64,000 bases of DNA from an uncultured Erysipelotrichaceae bacterium (GCA_900317295.1 ONGB01000005.1:340-64339); one strand, 5' to 3'. Counted from the stretch's first letter, positions 50,181 to 60,945 are shown. The notes: generated from the letters alone by a model not told the origin. A program made the numbers and translations.

Positions 50181-50468
50181 TCACTTCTTGGCGGCCTGAT
50201 CACCGGCGTTGTTGCCGTGATGGCCGGGGAAGGTGCGCGTCGGCGCGAATTCGCCGAGCTTGTGGCCGACCATGTCTTCGGTGACATAGACGGTGATGTG
50301 CTCGTGGCCGTTGTAGACCGCGAAGGTGTGTTCGACGAAGGCGGGATAGATCGTCGAGCGGCGGGACCAGGTTTTGATGATCTCTTTTTTGCCGGCTTTG
50401 TCCATGGCTTCAACCTTCTTGAGAAGGTATTCATCCACGAACGGCCCTTTCTTAAGCGAACGAGACAT
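50181..50468 (-). CDS. rpsS: 30S ribosomal protein S19
   Basis: 95 aa; [19 protein letters not shown]. Confidence 0.96.
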   Translation of the reverse strand: MSRSLKKGPFVDEYLLKKVEAMDKAGKKEIIKTWSRRSTIYPAFVEHTFAVYNGHEHITVYVTEDMVGHKLGEFAPTRTFPGHHGNNAGDQAAKK

Positions 50469-50485
50469 GTTCTATCTCTCCTTTC

Positions 50486-51316
50486 TTACTTAGACGCGCG
50501 GCGCACGATGAGCCGGGTCGAGTTCTTCTTTTGACGGCGGGTCTTGACGCCCTGGACGCGCTTGCCCCACGGAGAACGGGGAGCATCGCGGCCGACGGGG
50601 CACTTACCCTCACCACCGCCGTGCGGGTGGTCGACCGGGTTCATGGCGGAGCCACGGACGGTCGGGCGGACGCCGTTCCAGCGGGATTTCCCGGCTTTGC
50701 CGAGATTGACGAGCTTCCAATCTTCGTTGCCGACGATGCCGATGGTGGCGCGGCAGGTCTTCAGAAGCTTGCGGACTTCGCCAGAGGCGAGGCGGACGAT
50801 GACGTATTTGCCTTCGGAGCCGAGGATCTGAGCGGAGGTGCCGGCGGCGCGGCAGAGCTGTCCGCCTTTGCCGGGCTGGAGCTCGACGTTATGGATGAAC
50901 GTACCTTCGGGAATGTTCTGGAGCTCGAGGCAGTTGCCGATCTTGATGTCGGTGGCGACGCCGGAGATGACTTTGTCGCCGACCTTGAGGTTCTGCGGAT
51001 GCAGGATGTAGGCCTTGACGCCGTCGGAGTAGACCACAAGCGCGATGTTGGCGTTGCGGTTGGGATCGTATTCGATCGCCTTCACGGTCGCGGGGATGTC
51101 ATCCTTGCGGCGACGGAAGTCGATGATGCGGTATTTCCGCTTGTTGCCCCCACCGATGTGGCGGCAAGTGATTTTGCCCTGATTGTTGCGGCCGCCCGTC
51201 TTCTTGAGCGTGACGACCAACGATTTTTCAGGAGCGGCTTTGGTGATGTCCTCGAACGTGGAGTTCGTCATAGCGCGACGGGACTTCGTGTAAGGACGAT
51301 AAGTTCTGATAGCCAT
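50486..51316 (-). CDS. rplB: 50S ribosomal protein L2
   Basis: 276 aa; [13 protein letters not shown] and [18 protein letters not shown]. Confidence 0.97.
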   Translation of the reverse strand: MAIRTYRPYTKSRRAMTNSTFEDITKAAPEKSLVVTLKKTGGRNNQGKITCRHIGGGNKRKYRIIDFRRRKDDIPATVKAIEYDPNRNANIALVVYSDGVKAYILHPQNLKVGDKVISGVATDIKIGNCLELQNIPEGTFIHNVELQPGKGGQLCRAAGTSAQILGSEGKYVIVRLASGEVRKLLKTCRATIGIVGNEDWKLVNLGKAGKSRWNGVRPTVRGSAMNPVDHPHGGGEGKCPVGRDAPRSPWGKRVQGVKTRRQKKNSTRLIVRRASK

Positions 51317-51392
51317 TTTCTTTCTCCTATAGTGGATGCTTTACCTTTATATCCTTATTTATATAAATACGGGTACGCGGGAGGGTGTTTCC

Positions 51393-51803
51393 TTACTCTT
51401 TGAAGAGGTCGATGGCGCTGCCTTCGGCGACGCTGACGACCGCTTTCTTGAAGCCGGAGATCGTCCCGGCATAACGTCCGCCACGAGTGGTCTTCTTGGC
51501 GATTTGGTTCACGACTTTGACGTCGGTGACCTTGACCTGGAAGATGTGTTCGAAGGCGGCTTTGATCTCGATCTTGTTGGCAGAGCCGAGGACCTTGACG
51601 GTGACCTTGTTGGCGTTCTGCATGAGAGCCATCGTTTTCTCGGTGATGAGCGGTTCGATGATGACCTCGAAGTCGTGCGCGGTCGGCTTCGGGAAGGCTT
51701 TCTTCTCTTCCTTCACCGGCTCGGCTTTGACGGCTTTCTTCTTGGCCGGGGCCTTTTTCGCGGGTTTTTCCGCGGCGACGACCTTTTCTTCTTTTTCAGC
51801 CAT
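51393..51803 (-). CDS. rplW: 50S ribosomal protein L23 (K/A-rich N-terminal extension)
   Basis: 136 aa; L23 core from DFEVIIEPLITEKTMAL onward. Confidence 0.92.
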   Translation of the reverse strand: MAEKEEKVVAAEKPAKKAPAKKKAVKAEPVKEEKKAFPKPTAHDFEVIIEPLITEKTMALMQNANKVTVKVLGSANKIEIKAAFEHIFQVKVTDVKVVNQIAKKTTRGGRYAGTISGFKKAVVSVAEGSAIDLFKE

Positions 51804-51804
51804 A

Positions 51805-52452
51805 TTACTTCAGAGCCTCCTCGATTTTCTTGACCCCGTCCTTCGAAACGATGATGTTGTCGAAGTAGAGGACGTCATACACCGCGATGTTGTCGACTTC
51901 GGTGAGGCCGACGTTGGCGATGTTGCGGGCGGAGAGGACGAGCTTCTCTTCTTCTCCGTCGATGACCACGAGGTTCTTCTTGCCCTCGACCTTCAAGGCC
52001 TTGAGGGAAGCGGCGAACCCTTTGGTCGAGACTTCCTTGAGATCGAAGGAATCGATGACGAGGAGTCCTTTTTCAGCGACCTTCTCAGAGAGAACGCCTT
52101 TGAGCGCGAGCGCGTGAGCTTTCTTATTCTGAGAGAGCTTGTAGTTTTGGGTGCCATCCGGTCCGAAGACGTTTCCGCCGCCGACCCAGACGGGCGATTT
52201 GACGTCGCCGGCGCGGGCGCGGCCGGTGCCCTTCTGGCGATAGGGCTTGCGGTTGGTGCCATGGATCTCATGGCGCTTCTTGGTTTTCGCGGTGGCTTGG
52301 CGGAGATTGGCCTGGTAGACGGTGACCGCGTCATGGATGACTTGCGGGTTCACGTCCTTGACGCCGAAGACGTCGGCGCTGACTTCCACCTTGCCGGCTT
52401 CTTCGCCCTTGAGGTTGAAGACGCTTAAGCTGATTTTCTTAGCGGCAGCCAT
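51805..52452 (-). CDS. rplD: 50S ribosomal protein L4
   Basis: 215 aa; [25 protein letters not shown]. Confidence 0.96.
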   Translation of the reverse strand: MAAAKKISLSVFNLKGEEAGKVEVSADVFGVKDVNPQVIHDAVTVYQANLRQATAKTKKRHEIHGTNRKPYRQKGTGRARAGDVKSPVWVGGGNVFGPDGTQNYKLSQNKKAHALALKGVLSEKVAEKGLLVIDSFDLKEVSTKGFAASLKALKVEGKKNLVVIDGEEEKLVLSARNIANVGLTEVDNIAVYDVLYFDNIIVSKDGVKKIEEALK

Positions 52453-52454
52453 GG

Positions 52455-53138
52455 TTATTCTCCTTTCTTGGTGAGGTCAAGGACTTCCTTGACGACCGGT
52501 TTCTTGAATTGGTGGCGAACCGGGGAGCGGAGCATGACGATGCTCTTCTTCGCGCCGGGGACGCCGCCCTTGACGAGGATGTAGCCCTTCTCAGGGTTGC
52601 TCTCGACGATGGTGACGTTCTGGACGGTCACATGGGACGGCCTCCAGTGGCCGGACATGTGCTTGCCGGGGATGATGCGGTTGTTGTCGCGGCCGTTGTT
52701 GGCGACAGAACCGATGCCGCGGTGGTAGCCAGAACCGTGGCCTTTCGGGCCGATGTGGTTGTGGTAGCGTTTGATGACGCCGGTGTAACCATGGCCTTTG
52801 TGGTAGCCGAGGAGATCGACGACTTCGCCAGTAGCGAAGAGGCTGCAGTCCAGGGTCTCGCCAACGTTTTTGCCATAGATTTCGTCGCCCTTGAGCTCGT
52901 AGAGTCCTTCTTTCGGGGAGACGCCAGCCTTCTTGTAGAGGCCTTTCTCGGCGGAGTTGGCACGGCGTTCGGCTTTGTCTTCATAACCGACGACGAGGGC
53001 TTCATAGCCATTCTTCTCAACGGTCCTCTTGTCGACGACCACGTTGGGCAAGACTTCGATGACGGTGACCGGATACATGGTCCCGTCGGCGGCGAAGACC
53101 TCGGTCATGCCCACTTTGCGTCCAATGATGGATTTCAT
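52455..53138 (-). CDS. rplC: 50S ribosomal protein L3
   Basis: 227 aa; MKSIIGRKVGMTEVF. Confidence 0.96.
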   Translation of the reverse strand: MKSIIGRKVGMTEVFAADGTMYPVTVIEVLPNVVVDKRTVEKNGYEALVVGYEDKAERRANSAEKGLYKKAGVSPKEGLYELKGDEIYGKNVGETLDCSLFATGEVVDLLGYHKGHGYTGVIKRYHNHIGPKGHGSGYHRGIGSVANNGRDNNRIIPGKHMSGHWRPSHVTVQNVTIVESNPEKGYILVKGGVPGAKKSIVMLRSPVRHQFKKPVVKEVLDLTKKGE

Positions 53139-53152
53139 GATGTTGGTCCTCC

Positions 53153-53464
53153 TTATAGTTCAATGTTGATGTCGACGCCGGAGGGGAGATCGAGCCTCCT
53201 CAACGAATCGACGGTCTCTTTGGTCGGTTTCGTGATGTAAATCAACCTTTTGTGGGTGCGGATCTCGAATTGTTCGCGGCTATCCTTGTACTTGAAGGTA
53301 GCGCGGAGAATCGTGACCACTTGCTTTTCGGTCGGCAGAGGGATGGGGCCCTTCACCGAGGCTCCGGTTTTCGAGGCAACAGCCAGGATCTTCTCGACGG
53401 ACTGGTCGAGGATCGCGTGGTCGTAAGCCATTAAGCGAACTCGGATCGCTTTTTCTTTCGCCAT
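53153..53464 (-). CDS. rpsJ: 30S ribosomal protein S10
   Basis: Start set at [16 protein letters not shown] (AAGGAGGA upstream). The longer ORF-track start has no support. Confidence 0.95.
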   Translation of the reverse strand: MAKEKAIRVRLMAYDHAILDQSVEKILAVASKTGASVKGPIPLPTEKQVVTILRATFKYKDSREQFEIRTHKRLIYITKPTKETVDSLRRLDLPSGVDINIEL

Positions 53465-53594
53465 GAATGTTCCTCCTTGAATGTTCTCAGGCTTCCAGCG
53501 TTTGCTCATCGCGAATTCCCCGATCACCCTTTCATGACAACGCCTGTCGGTGTATCGGCAACCTCGCGCTTCAACACAAGCGCCAGCGAGTAAG

Positions 53595-53624
53595 ACAATA
53601 CGCGTATAGGAACGCACTTGCAAG
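53595..53624 (-). promoter_or_regulatory. candidate S10-operon promoter
   Basis: Minus strand: TTGCAA, 18 nt, TATTGT, about 130 nt upstream of rpsJ. Confidence 0.4.
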
Positions 53625-53714
53625 AACTTTTTTTCAAAAACTTGAAAGTATTAGGAATGATGGGCACTTTTGCTGTTTTTTGGACCGAAAAACCCTCGGT
53701 GCCATCGAAGAAAT

Positions 53715-53753
53715 CCCAAAATAAAAAATTTTTGTGCACGGTGCACAAAAATT
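53715..53753 (-). terminator. rho-independent terminator after queH
   Basis: 13-bp-arm palindrome AATTTTTGTGCAC-G-GTGCACAAAAATT, followed on the minus strand by TTTTTTATTTT. Confidence 0.6.
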
Positions 53754-53778
53754 CATTTCTCAGAGGTCTATTTTGACT

Positions 53779-54477
53779 TTATTTGGAATCGTCGTTTCGC
53801 CGGGCTTCTTGCTCCGCTTTTTTCTTTGCGTCGAAAGCTAGGCGACTGGCCAACGAATACTCGCAACCGCAGTAGGTTTGGTTATATAGGCCGTAGTGTT
53901 TTCTGATCTCCGCGCCCTTTAAAATGCCGTTATTTTTCTTGAAATCGCTATGGAAATAAGGAACCGTCGGATGCTTCTTCCCCAGCTTCTCGCCGATTTT
54001 ATTGAGGACGAGGCTATCTTTCTGCCGCGAGATGGTCATGACGGTCGTGAAATAATCAAATCCATGCGCTTCCGCATATTGGTAGGCCTCCTCCATCCGC
54101 TTCTCATAGCAAAGCAAGCACCGCTTCCCCCGTTCGGGTTCGTTCGCATAGGGGCGCAGGTCTTCCATATATTTCTCGTGATCGTACTCGGGCATGATGA
54201 GCTTCACGTCGAAGCCATAATCCCTTTTCACATAACCGAGCAACGCCTCAAGCTCGCCCCTCCTCCGATAGAATTCCTCTGCGGGATAGATGTTGGAATT
54301 CCCATAGTAAATCGTCACGTCAAAATAAGGGCAAAGAAACGTCAACGGAAAACAAGAGCAAGGGCCGCAGCAGGCATGGAGCAAAAGCTTAGGTTTGCCA
54401 TGGCTTAAATCCAACTTCTTGATCTCTTCCAAAGAGACTTTGTAGTAATTGATTTTCTCTTCCCCCATGGCGGTCAA
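53779..54477 (-). CDS. queH: epoxyqueuosine reductase QueH (DUF208)
   Basis: 232 aa; [15 protein letters not shown] and CGC...YS Cys motifs. Located in an operon with queA and tgt. Confidence 0.85.
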   Translation of the reverse strand: MTAMGEEKINYYKVSLEEIKKLDLSHGKPKLLLHACCGPCSCFPLTFLCPYFDVTIYYGNSNIYPAEEFYRRRGELEALLGYVKRDYGFDVKLIMPEYDHEKYMEDLRPYANEPERGKRCLLCYEKRMEEAYQYAEAHGFDYFTTVMTISRQKDSLVLNKIGEKLGKKHPTVPYFHSDFKKNNGILKGAEIRKHYGLYNQTYCGCEYSLASRLAFDAKKKAEQEARRNDDSK

Positions 54478-55541
54478 TCCTCCAAGGGATTCGAGTAATC
54501 ATAGGCGCCGTGGATGAACATCGCATCGCCGAAGCTAAAGAAACGGTATCCCTGTTCCACCGCTTCTTTATAGCAAGACAAGGTAAAGTTACGACCCATG
54601 AATGCGGAAACCAGCATCACGAGGGTGCTTTTCGGCAAATGGAAGTTGGTGACTAAGGCATCGATTGCCTTGAAAACATACCCCGGGGAAATGAAGATCG
54701 AAGTGGCTTCGGAGCAGGCGACGAACCGGCCGTATTTCGCATAAACGGATTCCAGGGTGCGGACCGAGGTGGTCCCAATGGCGATGATGCGCCTTCCTTC
54801 TTGTTTGGCGAGGTTTAACCGCGTGGCGGCATACTCATCCATCTGATAGGTTTCCGCGTGCATGACATGGTCTTTCGTATCCTGGACTTTCACCGGGCGG
54901 AAGGTGCCTAATCCGATGTTCAATGTAATGTCAATGATCTCAACGCCTTTAGCCTTGATTTGCTCAAATAATTCTTCAGTGAAATGAAAGCCCGCGGTCG
55001 GGGCGGCGGCACTTCCTGGCACCTTCGCGTAGACGGTTTGGTAATCCGATTTGTCCTCGCATTGCTTTTTGATATACGGGGGCAGGGGCATCGTGCCTAG
55101 TTGATCTAAGATTTCCAAGAAGATGCCCTCATAGAGGAACTTCATATGGCGGATGCCTTCCGGGAGCACCTTCTCGCAACGGCAACGGAGCTTTCCCTCG
55201 CCGAAAGAGCAAACGGAACCAACTTTGACCGATTTGGCGTTGCCGACCAAGCATTCCCAAACATCCTCCCCTTCTTCGGGACATTCATGAAGCAAAAGGA
55301 CTTCGACTTTGCCTTTCGTCTCTTCTTTGACCCCGATTAAGCGGGCGGGGATGACTTTGGTGTTGTTGCGCACCATCACGTCGCCGGGTTTTAGGTAATC
55401 GAGAATGTCATGGAAGATCTTATGCTCAAAAGACCGTTTCTCGCGGTCGATGACCATCAGCCTCGCCTCATCCCTCTTCTTCAAAGGCGTTTGGGCGATT
55501 TGCTCTTCAGGGAGATAGAAATCAAATAAATCGATGTTCAT
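54474..55541 (-). CDS. queA: S-adenosylmethionine:tRNA ribosyltransferase-isomerase
   Basis: 355 aa; [20 protein letters not shown]...[10 protein letters not shown]. Confidence 0.95.
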   Translation of the reverse strand: MNIDLFDFYLPEEQIAQTPLKKRDEARLMVIDREKRSFEHKIFHDILDYLKPGDVMVRNNTKVIPARLIGVKEETKGKVEVLLLHECPEEGEDVWECLVGNAKSVKVGSVCSFGEGKLRCRCEKVLPEGIRHMKFLYEGIFLEILDQLGTMPLPPYIKKQCEDKSDYQTVYAKVPGSAAAPTAGFHFTEELFEQIKAKGVEIIDITLNIGLGTFRPVKVQDTKDHVMHAETYQMDEYAATRLNLAKQEGRRIIAIGTTSVRTLESVYAKYGRFVACSEATSIFISPGYVFKAIDALVTNFHLPKSTLVMLVSAFMGRNFTLSCYKEAVEQGYRFFSFGDAMFIHGAYDYSNPLED

Positions 55542-55543
55542 GA

Positions 55544-56671
55544 CTAGAACCCTCGTGGGTCATCGTATTTGGCGTAGACCATCTGCTTATATTCTTCGAA
55601 CTTGTCGTTTTTGATCGCTTCCCTCGCCCCTTCGACGATGCGGATGAGGAAACGGACGTTATGGATGGAATTCAACGTCTTGGAAAGCTCTTCGTGCGCG
55701 TGATAGAGGTGATGGAGGTAGGCTTTGGTGAAATGGGTGCAGGCGTAGCAATCGCATTCCTCGTCTAACGGAGTGAAGTCTTCCGCGAACTGGGCGCGTT
55801 GGATGTTGATGCGCCCATGGGTCGTCATCAAGGCTCCGTGCCTCGCCAAACGGGTGGGCAAGACGCAGTCCATCATATCGATACCGCGTTCGATGCCCTC
55901 AAGGATGTAATCGATGGACCCGACCCCCATGAGATAACGGGGTTTATCAAAGGGCAGGAAACGGATACCATCTTCGATCATCTGGTAGCAGACATCCTTA
56001 GGCTCTCCAATCGAGGTTCCCCCGATGGAATAACCAGGGAAATCCATTTCCGCGAGGGATTTCGCCGCATATTCGCGTAAGTCACGGAAGGCGCCGCCTT
56101 GGACGATGCCGAATAAGGCCTGGTCTTCGCGGGCATGGGCTTCAAGGCCGCGCTTCGCCCAGCGGAGGGTGCGGTCGGTCGATTTCTTGACGTATTCCTT
56201 ATCCGCGGGGTAGGGGATGCATTCGTCAAAGCTCATGATGATATCCGCGCCTAAAGCTTCTTGGATGCGAATCGCTTCTTCTGGAGAGAAGAAATTGATG
56301 GATCCGTCCTTTTCGTTTTTGAAACGGACCCCTTCTTCGGTGATCTTCCGGAAGGAGGCAAGAGAGAAGACTTGGAAGCCGCCCGAATCGGTCAAAATCG
56401 GGCCTGAATAATCCATAAACTGATGTAGGCCCCCCGCCTTTTTAACGATTTCCTCGCCGGGGCGGAAGTGAAGATGATAGGTATTCGCTAGGATAACGCC
56501 GGGCTTGCAGGCCTTAACCTGCTCCATCGTCATCGCCTTGACGGTGGCGTTGGTGCCGACCGGCATGAACATCGGGGTTTCGACATCCCCATGGGGCGTA
56601 TGCAAAATGCCATAACGCGCGCCGGTGCGAGCGTCAGTATGAAGACATTCCCAATAGAAAGACTTGCTCAT
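55544..56671 (-). CDS. tgt: queuine tRNA-ribosyltransferase
   Basis: 375 aa; [18 protein letters not shown], and Zn site CDCYAC...H. Confidence 0.96.
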   Translation of the reverse strand: MSKSFYWECLHTDARTGARYGILHTPHGDVETPMFMPVGTNATVKAMTMEQVKACKPGVILANTYHLHFRPGEEIVKKAGGLHQFMDYSGPILTDSGGFQVFSLASFRKITEEGVRFKNEKDGSINFFSPEEAIRIQEALGADIIMSFDECIPYPADKEYVKKSTDRTLRWAKRGLEAHAREDQALFGIVQGGAFRDLREYAAKSLAEMDFPGYSIGGTSIGEPKDVCYQMIEDGIRFLPFDKPRYLMGVGSIDYILEGIERGIDMMDCVLPTRLARHGALMTTHGRINIQRAQFAEDFTPLDEECDCYACTHFTKAYLHHLYHAHEELSKTLNSIHNVRFLIRIVEGAREAIKNDKFEEYKQMVYAKYDDPRGF

Positions 56672-56708
56672 GCGGGGCTATTCTACCCTAAACGGGTAAG
56701 CCCTGCCA

Positions 56709-57233
56709 TTACCAGCGGACTTCCGCGTGGCGTATCGGCTGCATGTATTCCATGACGGCCTTCGAACGGCATAGGCCCCAAAAGATCCAATATCCAACCA
56801 CCATGACGGCCAATTCGCCGAGGCATACCCAGCCCATTTGGACCCACAACGGGATTTCTTTGGTGACGAAGAAATAGAGCTCTAGGCCGACGATGGCCCC
56901 ATTGATTAGAGGCGGCCAGATGCAGGCCACCCATAGGCGCGGGGAGGCAAAGGAAACAAGCAACACGGCGATGATTGTCGCTCCGGTGCCCATGAACACA
57001 TCGGCGAGCATCATGGTCTGCATCGGATTGAAAAGGTTGGCCAATAGGCAGCCGATCGTCAGGCCCGTCAAAAAATCCGGCCTCCAGAAGGCCAGCAAGA
57101 CCAATACTTCACTGATCCTGAATTGGATCATGGGGTAGGAAAGAGGATTGAAGACGGTGAGGACGTAGTATAACGCGGCCACCATCGCGTTTTCGGTGAT
57201 CATGAGGATCACGCGTTTGGATTTGTCAGACAT
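56709..57233 (-). CDS. queT: queuosine-precursor transporter QueT (ECF S-component-like)
   Basis: Start set at MSDKSKRVILMITENA (CAGGAGG upstream). 174-aa polytopic protein immediately upstream of tgt. Confidence 0.75.
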   Translation of the reverse strand: MSDKSKRVILMITENAMVAALYYVLTVFNPLSYPMIQFRISEVLVLLAFWRPDFLTGLTIGCLLANLFNPMQTMMLADVFMGTGATIIAVLLVSFASPRLWVACIWPPLINGAIVGLELYFFVTKEIPLWVQMGWVCLGELAVMVVGYWIFWGLCRSKAVMEYMQPIRHAEVRW

Positions 57234-57239
57234 GGAACA

Positions 57240-57285
57240 TGCCTCCTGATTTTTTAAAGCTGGGTCCCGAGGTAACAGCTCGGGA
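57240..57285 (-). promoter_or_regulatory. candidate preQ1-I riboswitch controlling queT translation
   Basis: Minus-strand RNA: AGCUG-UUACCUCGGGACC-CAGCU-UUAAAAAAUCAGGAGG. This is a 5-bp P1 stem, a loop ending in ACC, then an A-rich tail that runs into the SD, as in the B. subtilis and T. tengcongensis preQ1-I aptamers. Loop CCUC can pair with the SD GAGG. Confidence 0.55.
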
Positions 57286-57286
57286 A

Positions 57287-57314
57287 AGTATACGCGTTCC
57301 GTCCCTCCTGTCAA
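57287..57314 (-). promoter_or_regulatory. candidate sigma-70 promoter of the que operon
   Basis: Minus strand: TTGACA, 16 nt, TATACT, directly upstream of the riboswitch candidate. Confidence 0.55.
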
Positions 57315-57315
57315 A

Positions 57316-57343
57316 GAAGAAAAAGCGCAGGGTCACCCGCGCT
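57316..57343 (-). terminator. rho-independent terminator after 57363..57953
   Basis: Minus strand: AGCGCGGG-TGA-CCCTGCGCT followed by TTTTTCTTCTTT. Confidence 0.65.
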
Positions 57344-57362
57344 TGATCTATATTGTTTTTTA

Positions 57363-57953
57363 TTACCAGTATTTGACCGCCATCAAGGCCATGGCCTTAT
57401 TGACCGCGGCATCTTCTAAGTTAGGGAGGTTGGAGATGTCGAAGCCTTTTCTAGCGAGCAAAGCGCGGCCTTCTTTGCCCAAAAACCATGTACGTAGTCC
57501 CTTGTTTTCGAATTTGTTCTCATCCGTGAGGCGCTCCCATTTGGTCGGGAGATAGAACATCTGAGACCCGCGGAGCATGAAGTTCTGGGGTTCCCAGTCC
57601 AAGGCGACTTTGGAGAAACGCGCGAAACGATACAAAGAGAATAGCGCGTCGAAATAAGGTTCGGTCAGAGGCCCTTTGGAAAGGACGGTGAGGCAATCTT
57701 CTTCCGGGAAATAATCGAAGACGATGACGTGCTGCTCGTCGTCGTGGAAGCAGATCTTCGCCATGTTGATCCCGGCGTGCTTGAGTTCCTTGTAGTCGGC
57801 GAGGGCTTTGTCGTAATCGGTTTTATAGGTGCGAAGGCAATAGATCCTCCCGCTCCAGGTGGCGATATAGGTCGTGTGGTCCGGATGCTCCGCGCGAACG
57901 GACTGAAGGACAAACTTTTTATTTTTGATTTGGATGAATTCTTCCATGTCCAA
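57363..57953 (-). CDS. hypothetical protein
   Basis: 196-aa ORF with normal codon usage and its own terminator. No family recognised. Confidence 0.6.
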   Translation of the reverse strand: MDMEEFIQIKNKKFVLQSVRAEHPDHTTYIATWSGRIYCLRTYKTDYDKALADYKELKHAGINMAKICFHDDEQHVIVFDYFPEEDCLTVLSKGPLTEPYFDALFSLYRFARFSKVALDWEPQNFMLRGSQMFYLPTKWERLTDENKFENKGLRTWFLGKEGRALLARKGFDISNLPNLEDAAVNKAMALMAVKYW

Positions 57954-58143
57954 AATAGTTTACCAAAAACCCCTTATTTAATAAAGCCTTGGCGCTTTCC
58001 CCTTCGCTTTTTGTCAACAAACAAGAATGACAACCTAAGAAAAAAGTAAGGATAGCCCTCATTCCCGAGTCAAAAGGGATCCTTCGATTCTTTTTCCCTT
58101 TTTTATAGCCTCCGCGCCTAAGGAAGGGTAGGATAATTGCGTT

Positions 58144-58644
58144 ATGCGAACCTTCGTCTTGCTCTCCGCCCTCCCCGGCTCAGGAAAAAGCACCTGGGCG
58201 AAGCAGTTCGCCAAGGAGCATCCCAACACCCACATCGTCTCCAGCGATGCGATCCGCGAGAAATATTTCGGCTCCCCGCAGAACTTCAAACACGAGAATG
58301 AGGTTTGGGATATCTTCCTTAGAGAATGCAACGAATACGCAGAGAAAGAAGAAGACTGCTACGTCATCGCGGACTCCACGAACATCCTCAATAAGTTCCG
58401 CCGCTTCTATTTAGAGAACACTCCAAAATTCGATAAGCACATCCTCGTCTGCTTCCGCATCCCCTATGAAATCGCGGTGAAGCAGAATCAAATGCGGCCC
58501 AAGGAAAAGATCGTCCCGGACTATGCGATGGAAAGGATGAGAGACCAGTTCGAAATCCCTTCCGACGAGATCATCGACGCATTCGACGAATACATCGTCA
58601 TCGGCAAATCCTTCATCGCCGAAACGCTTAAAAACGAAAAATAA
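58144..58644 (+). CDS. P-loop kinase, AAA_33/polynucleotide-kinase-like
   Basis: 166 aa; Walker A LSALPGSGKSTWA near the N-terminus. Paralogous in layout to 63531..64000. Confidence 0.75.
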   Translation: MRTFVLLSALPGSGKSTWAKQFAKEHPNTHIVSSDAIREKYFGSPQNFKHENEVWDIFLRECNEYAEKEEDCYVIADSTNILNKFRRFYLENTPKFDKHILVCFRIPYEIAVKQNQMRPKEKIVPDYAMERMRDQFEIPSDEIIDAFDEYIVIGKSFIAETLKNEK

Positions 58645-58679
58645 AAACCCATCGGTTTCAATTCATCCGATGGGTTTTT
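58643..58679. terminator. bidirectional rho-independent terminator
   Basis: AAAAACCCATCGG-TTTCAATTCAT-CCGATGGGTTTTT, between convergent genes. Confidence 0.75.
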
Positions 58680-58689
58680 GCACGCTTTT

Positions 58690-59667
58690 TTAGATTTCGG
58701 CCTTAACTTTCGGCGGGAAGATCGTGAAGTAGGTAAGCGTCGCGGAAAGCAAGAAGATGATGCCGCCGGTGACGTAGCTCATGACAGCGAATTCGTATTC
58801 ATAACCGGTCGTGACTTTGTTGGTGTTGAGGCGGGCGGTCATGAAGTAGACGTTATGGGCGTCGTTAGCGACTTCGAGGTTGGAGAAGACGCCGGCCCCA
58901 GCGATGAGAAGGCCGGAGAGCGCGATGGCGCCGATGAAGAGGAAGGCATTGCGTTTGGAGATGAGGTTCTTCTTCTCCGCGCTGCCATAGCCGATGCGGG
59001 CGACCAAGGCGACAAGGCCGCTGACCAAAGCACCGAGGGCGAGGAGGCCGGATTTCAGACGGATTTCCTTAACGTTGGAGCCTTTCGCCTGAAGAGCGCC
59101 GAGATAGATGGAACCCATGGCGATGCCGGCGCCGAGCAAGACGGCGACGAGCGCGAGGGAGAGGATCTGCATGATCTCGTTGGTGTGCTCGCCTTCCCCG
59201 TACATATGCATGAGGGGGACGCTGACGCCGATGACAGAGAGGATGAGAAGGATGATGTAAACAACGATGACGAAGGCCAAATCAACTTTGGAAGAGAGGT
59301 TGGTCGAGGTCAAACGATAGAGCCACATGGCGTTGAGGAAGAAGAAGATAGCGGCCAAAGCGCCAAGGGCGATGTAGCAGCCAAACGCCTTGCGGACGGG
59401 TTCATCGCGCCCACCGGCGACGAGCGAACGGAGGGAGAAGAACAAACCGAGGCCGGAAATAATCGCGCCGGCAAAGCCGAGGCCCGCCAACAAAACGATC
59501 AAACCGACGGAGATGTCGGGCAAATCGATGCCGTCGGCGATCGGGAGCTTGGAGACGATGTGGGTGCCATAGACGAACCCAAACCAGATACCAAGGAACG
59601 CGAATCCGGCGAACAAAACAGCAAACACGATCGTGTTGATGAGACGAACTGACGGCGAATACTTCAT
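58690..59667 (-). CDS. hypothetical polytopic membrane protein
   Basis: Start set at MKYSPSVRLINTIVFAVLF (AGAGGA 6 nt upstream). About 8-9 hydrophobic helices. Confidence 0.7.
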   Translation of the reverse strand: MKYSPSVRLINTIVFAVLFAGFAFLGIWFGFVYGTHIVSKLPIADGIDLPDISVGLIVLLAGLGFAGAIISGLGLFFSLRSLVAGGRDEPVRKAFGCYIALGALAAIFFFLNAMWLYRLTSTNLSSKVDLAFVIVVYIILLILSVIGVSVPLMHMYGEGEHTNEIMQILSLALVAVLLGAGIAMGSIYLGALQAKGSNVKEIRLKSGLLALGALVSGLVALVARIGYGSAEKKNLISKRNAFLFIGAIALSGLLIAGAGVFSNLEVANDAHNVYFMTARLNTNKVTTGYEYEFAVMSYVTGGIIFLLSATLTYFTIFPPKVKAEI

Positions 59668-59782
59668 AGCAATCCTCTTTTCGAGCCACTTCATGACGGC
59701 CGAAAGCGGCCGCTCGAAAGTGCCCGTCTATTAAAAACTATCTTTTATAGATAGTCAACGAATAACCAAATAGAAAAGAGAA

Positions 59783-60922
59783 CTAAAGTTTTTCCGCGAC
59801 AACCAAGGCGGAGATCAAAGCCCAGGTCAGGTTATATCCCCCACATCCGCCCGCGATATCGAGAATTTCGCCGATGAAAGATACGCAGGATTCCTTTTTC
59901 GAAAGCAAATCAGCGTTGATTTCGCTTAACGCCACGCCTCCTAAGGTGACTTGGCTATCCTCAAAACGATAGGAGCCACCGAAATGGAATTCCAAGGACT
60001 TGGCTAACCTGGCCAAAGACGCGGGTTCATTGCCTTTGTTCCTTTGGCAAAGATAGTCCGCTAAAGGTTTGGGAAAGAGGGCTTCTTGATAAAAAGAGGA
60101 GGCACATGCATATGTTTTCCACTCTTTTTGGAGGATTTCTAACGATTTATCAGGGAAGAGGTCCAACGTCACTTTGCTCCCCTTGGGCATCCTTTTCGAT
60201 TCAAGATGTTGTTGGACATCGAACACGGCAATGCCGGAGAGACCATCGTTCTTAAAGAGGATTTCCCCTTTGGAGGTATAGCCGTCTTCAAGCCGAACTT
60301 CCCCCGTATGACGGATCCCGGATAAGGAAGCAGTCTTCTCTTGGGTTTTGATGGGGCAAAGGCTTGGGAAAGTATCGGTGATGCGATATCCATGACGGGC
60401 CAAGACGGGAAATAGCGATCCGTCGGTGCCAAGATTCTTCCCGGACTTGCCCCCACAGGCGAAAACCAAATGGTCGAACGGGAAATCTCCCTGCGAGGTC
60501 ATTAAGATTTTCTTGTCCGCGTCATAATCCTTCACCGCGGTTTCCAAACGAATCTCAACCCCAAGTTCTTTGAGGAGCTTCGCTAGATACGCGACATGAT
60601 TCGGCGCGGAAAAACTATCGGGATACAACAAACCCGCGTCTTCTAATTCAGATACCCCGATGCCAAATCCGCCTAGGAAATCCACTAGTTTTCCTGTTGA
60701 ATAAGCCTTCAAATAAGGTGCGATGAACTCCGGATGATCGTAGGCTTCTGCCTCAGGGTCGCGATGCAGAAGGTTGCATCTTCCATTGCCGGTCGCGGCG
60801 AGTTTTTTGCCTAGCTTCTTCTCACGTTCAAAAAGCGTCACCTGATAATCGGGGCGCTTCTTTTTCAAAGCGAGGGCTAAATAGATGCCGGCGGCTCCGG
60901 CGCCGATGATGGCGATTCGCAT
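59783..60922 (-). CDS. FAD-dependent oxidoreductase, HI0933/YhiN-like
   Basis: 379 aa; N-terminal dinucleotide fold MRIAIIGAGAAGIYLA and GNGRCNL. Confidence 0.85.
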   Translation of the reverse strand: MRIAIIGAGAAGIYLALALKKKRPDYQVTLFEREKKLGKKLAATGNGRCNLLHRDPEAEAYDHPEFIAPYLKAYSTGKLVDFLGGFGIGVSELEDAGLLYPDSFSAPNHVAYLAKLLKELGVEIRLETAVKDYDADKKILMTSQGDFPFDHLVFACGGKSGKNLGTDGSLFPVLARHGYRITDTFPSLCPIKTQEKTASLSGIRHTGEVRLEDGYTSKGEILFKNDGLSGIAVFDVQQHLESKRMPKGSKVTLDLFPDKSLEILQKEWKTYACASSFYQEALFPKPLADYLCQRNKGNEPASLARLAKSLEFHFGGSYRFEDSQVTLGGVALSEINADLLSKKESCVSFIGEILDIAGGCGGYNLTWALISALVVAEKL

Positions 60923-60945
60923 ATATAAAGATTAATGCATTCGCC

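Noticed and set aside
38360-52428. Other long antisense or out-of-frame ORFs across the ribosomal cluster (for example 38360..39625, 44849..45631, 46094..46996, 48844..50199, 50531..51403, 51487..52428) and Arg/Pro-rich minus-strand frames
   Set aside because: All overlap confidently identified r-protein, rpoA or secY genes. Their composition is low-complexity and mirrors the real frame.
58678-59652. 324-aa plus-strand ORF rich in D/E/G
   Set aside because: It is antisense to a convincing polytopic membrane protein gene (58690..59667) and lies between two convergent genes that share a terminator.
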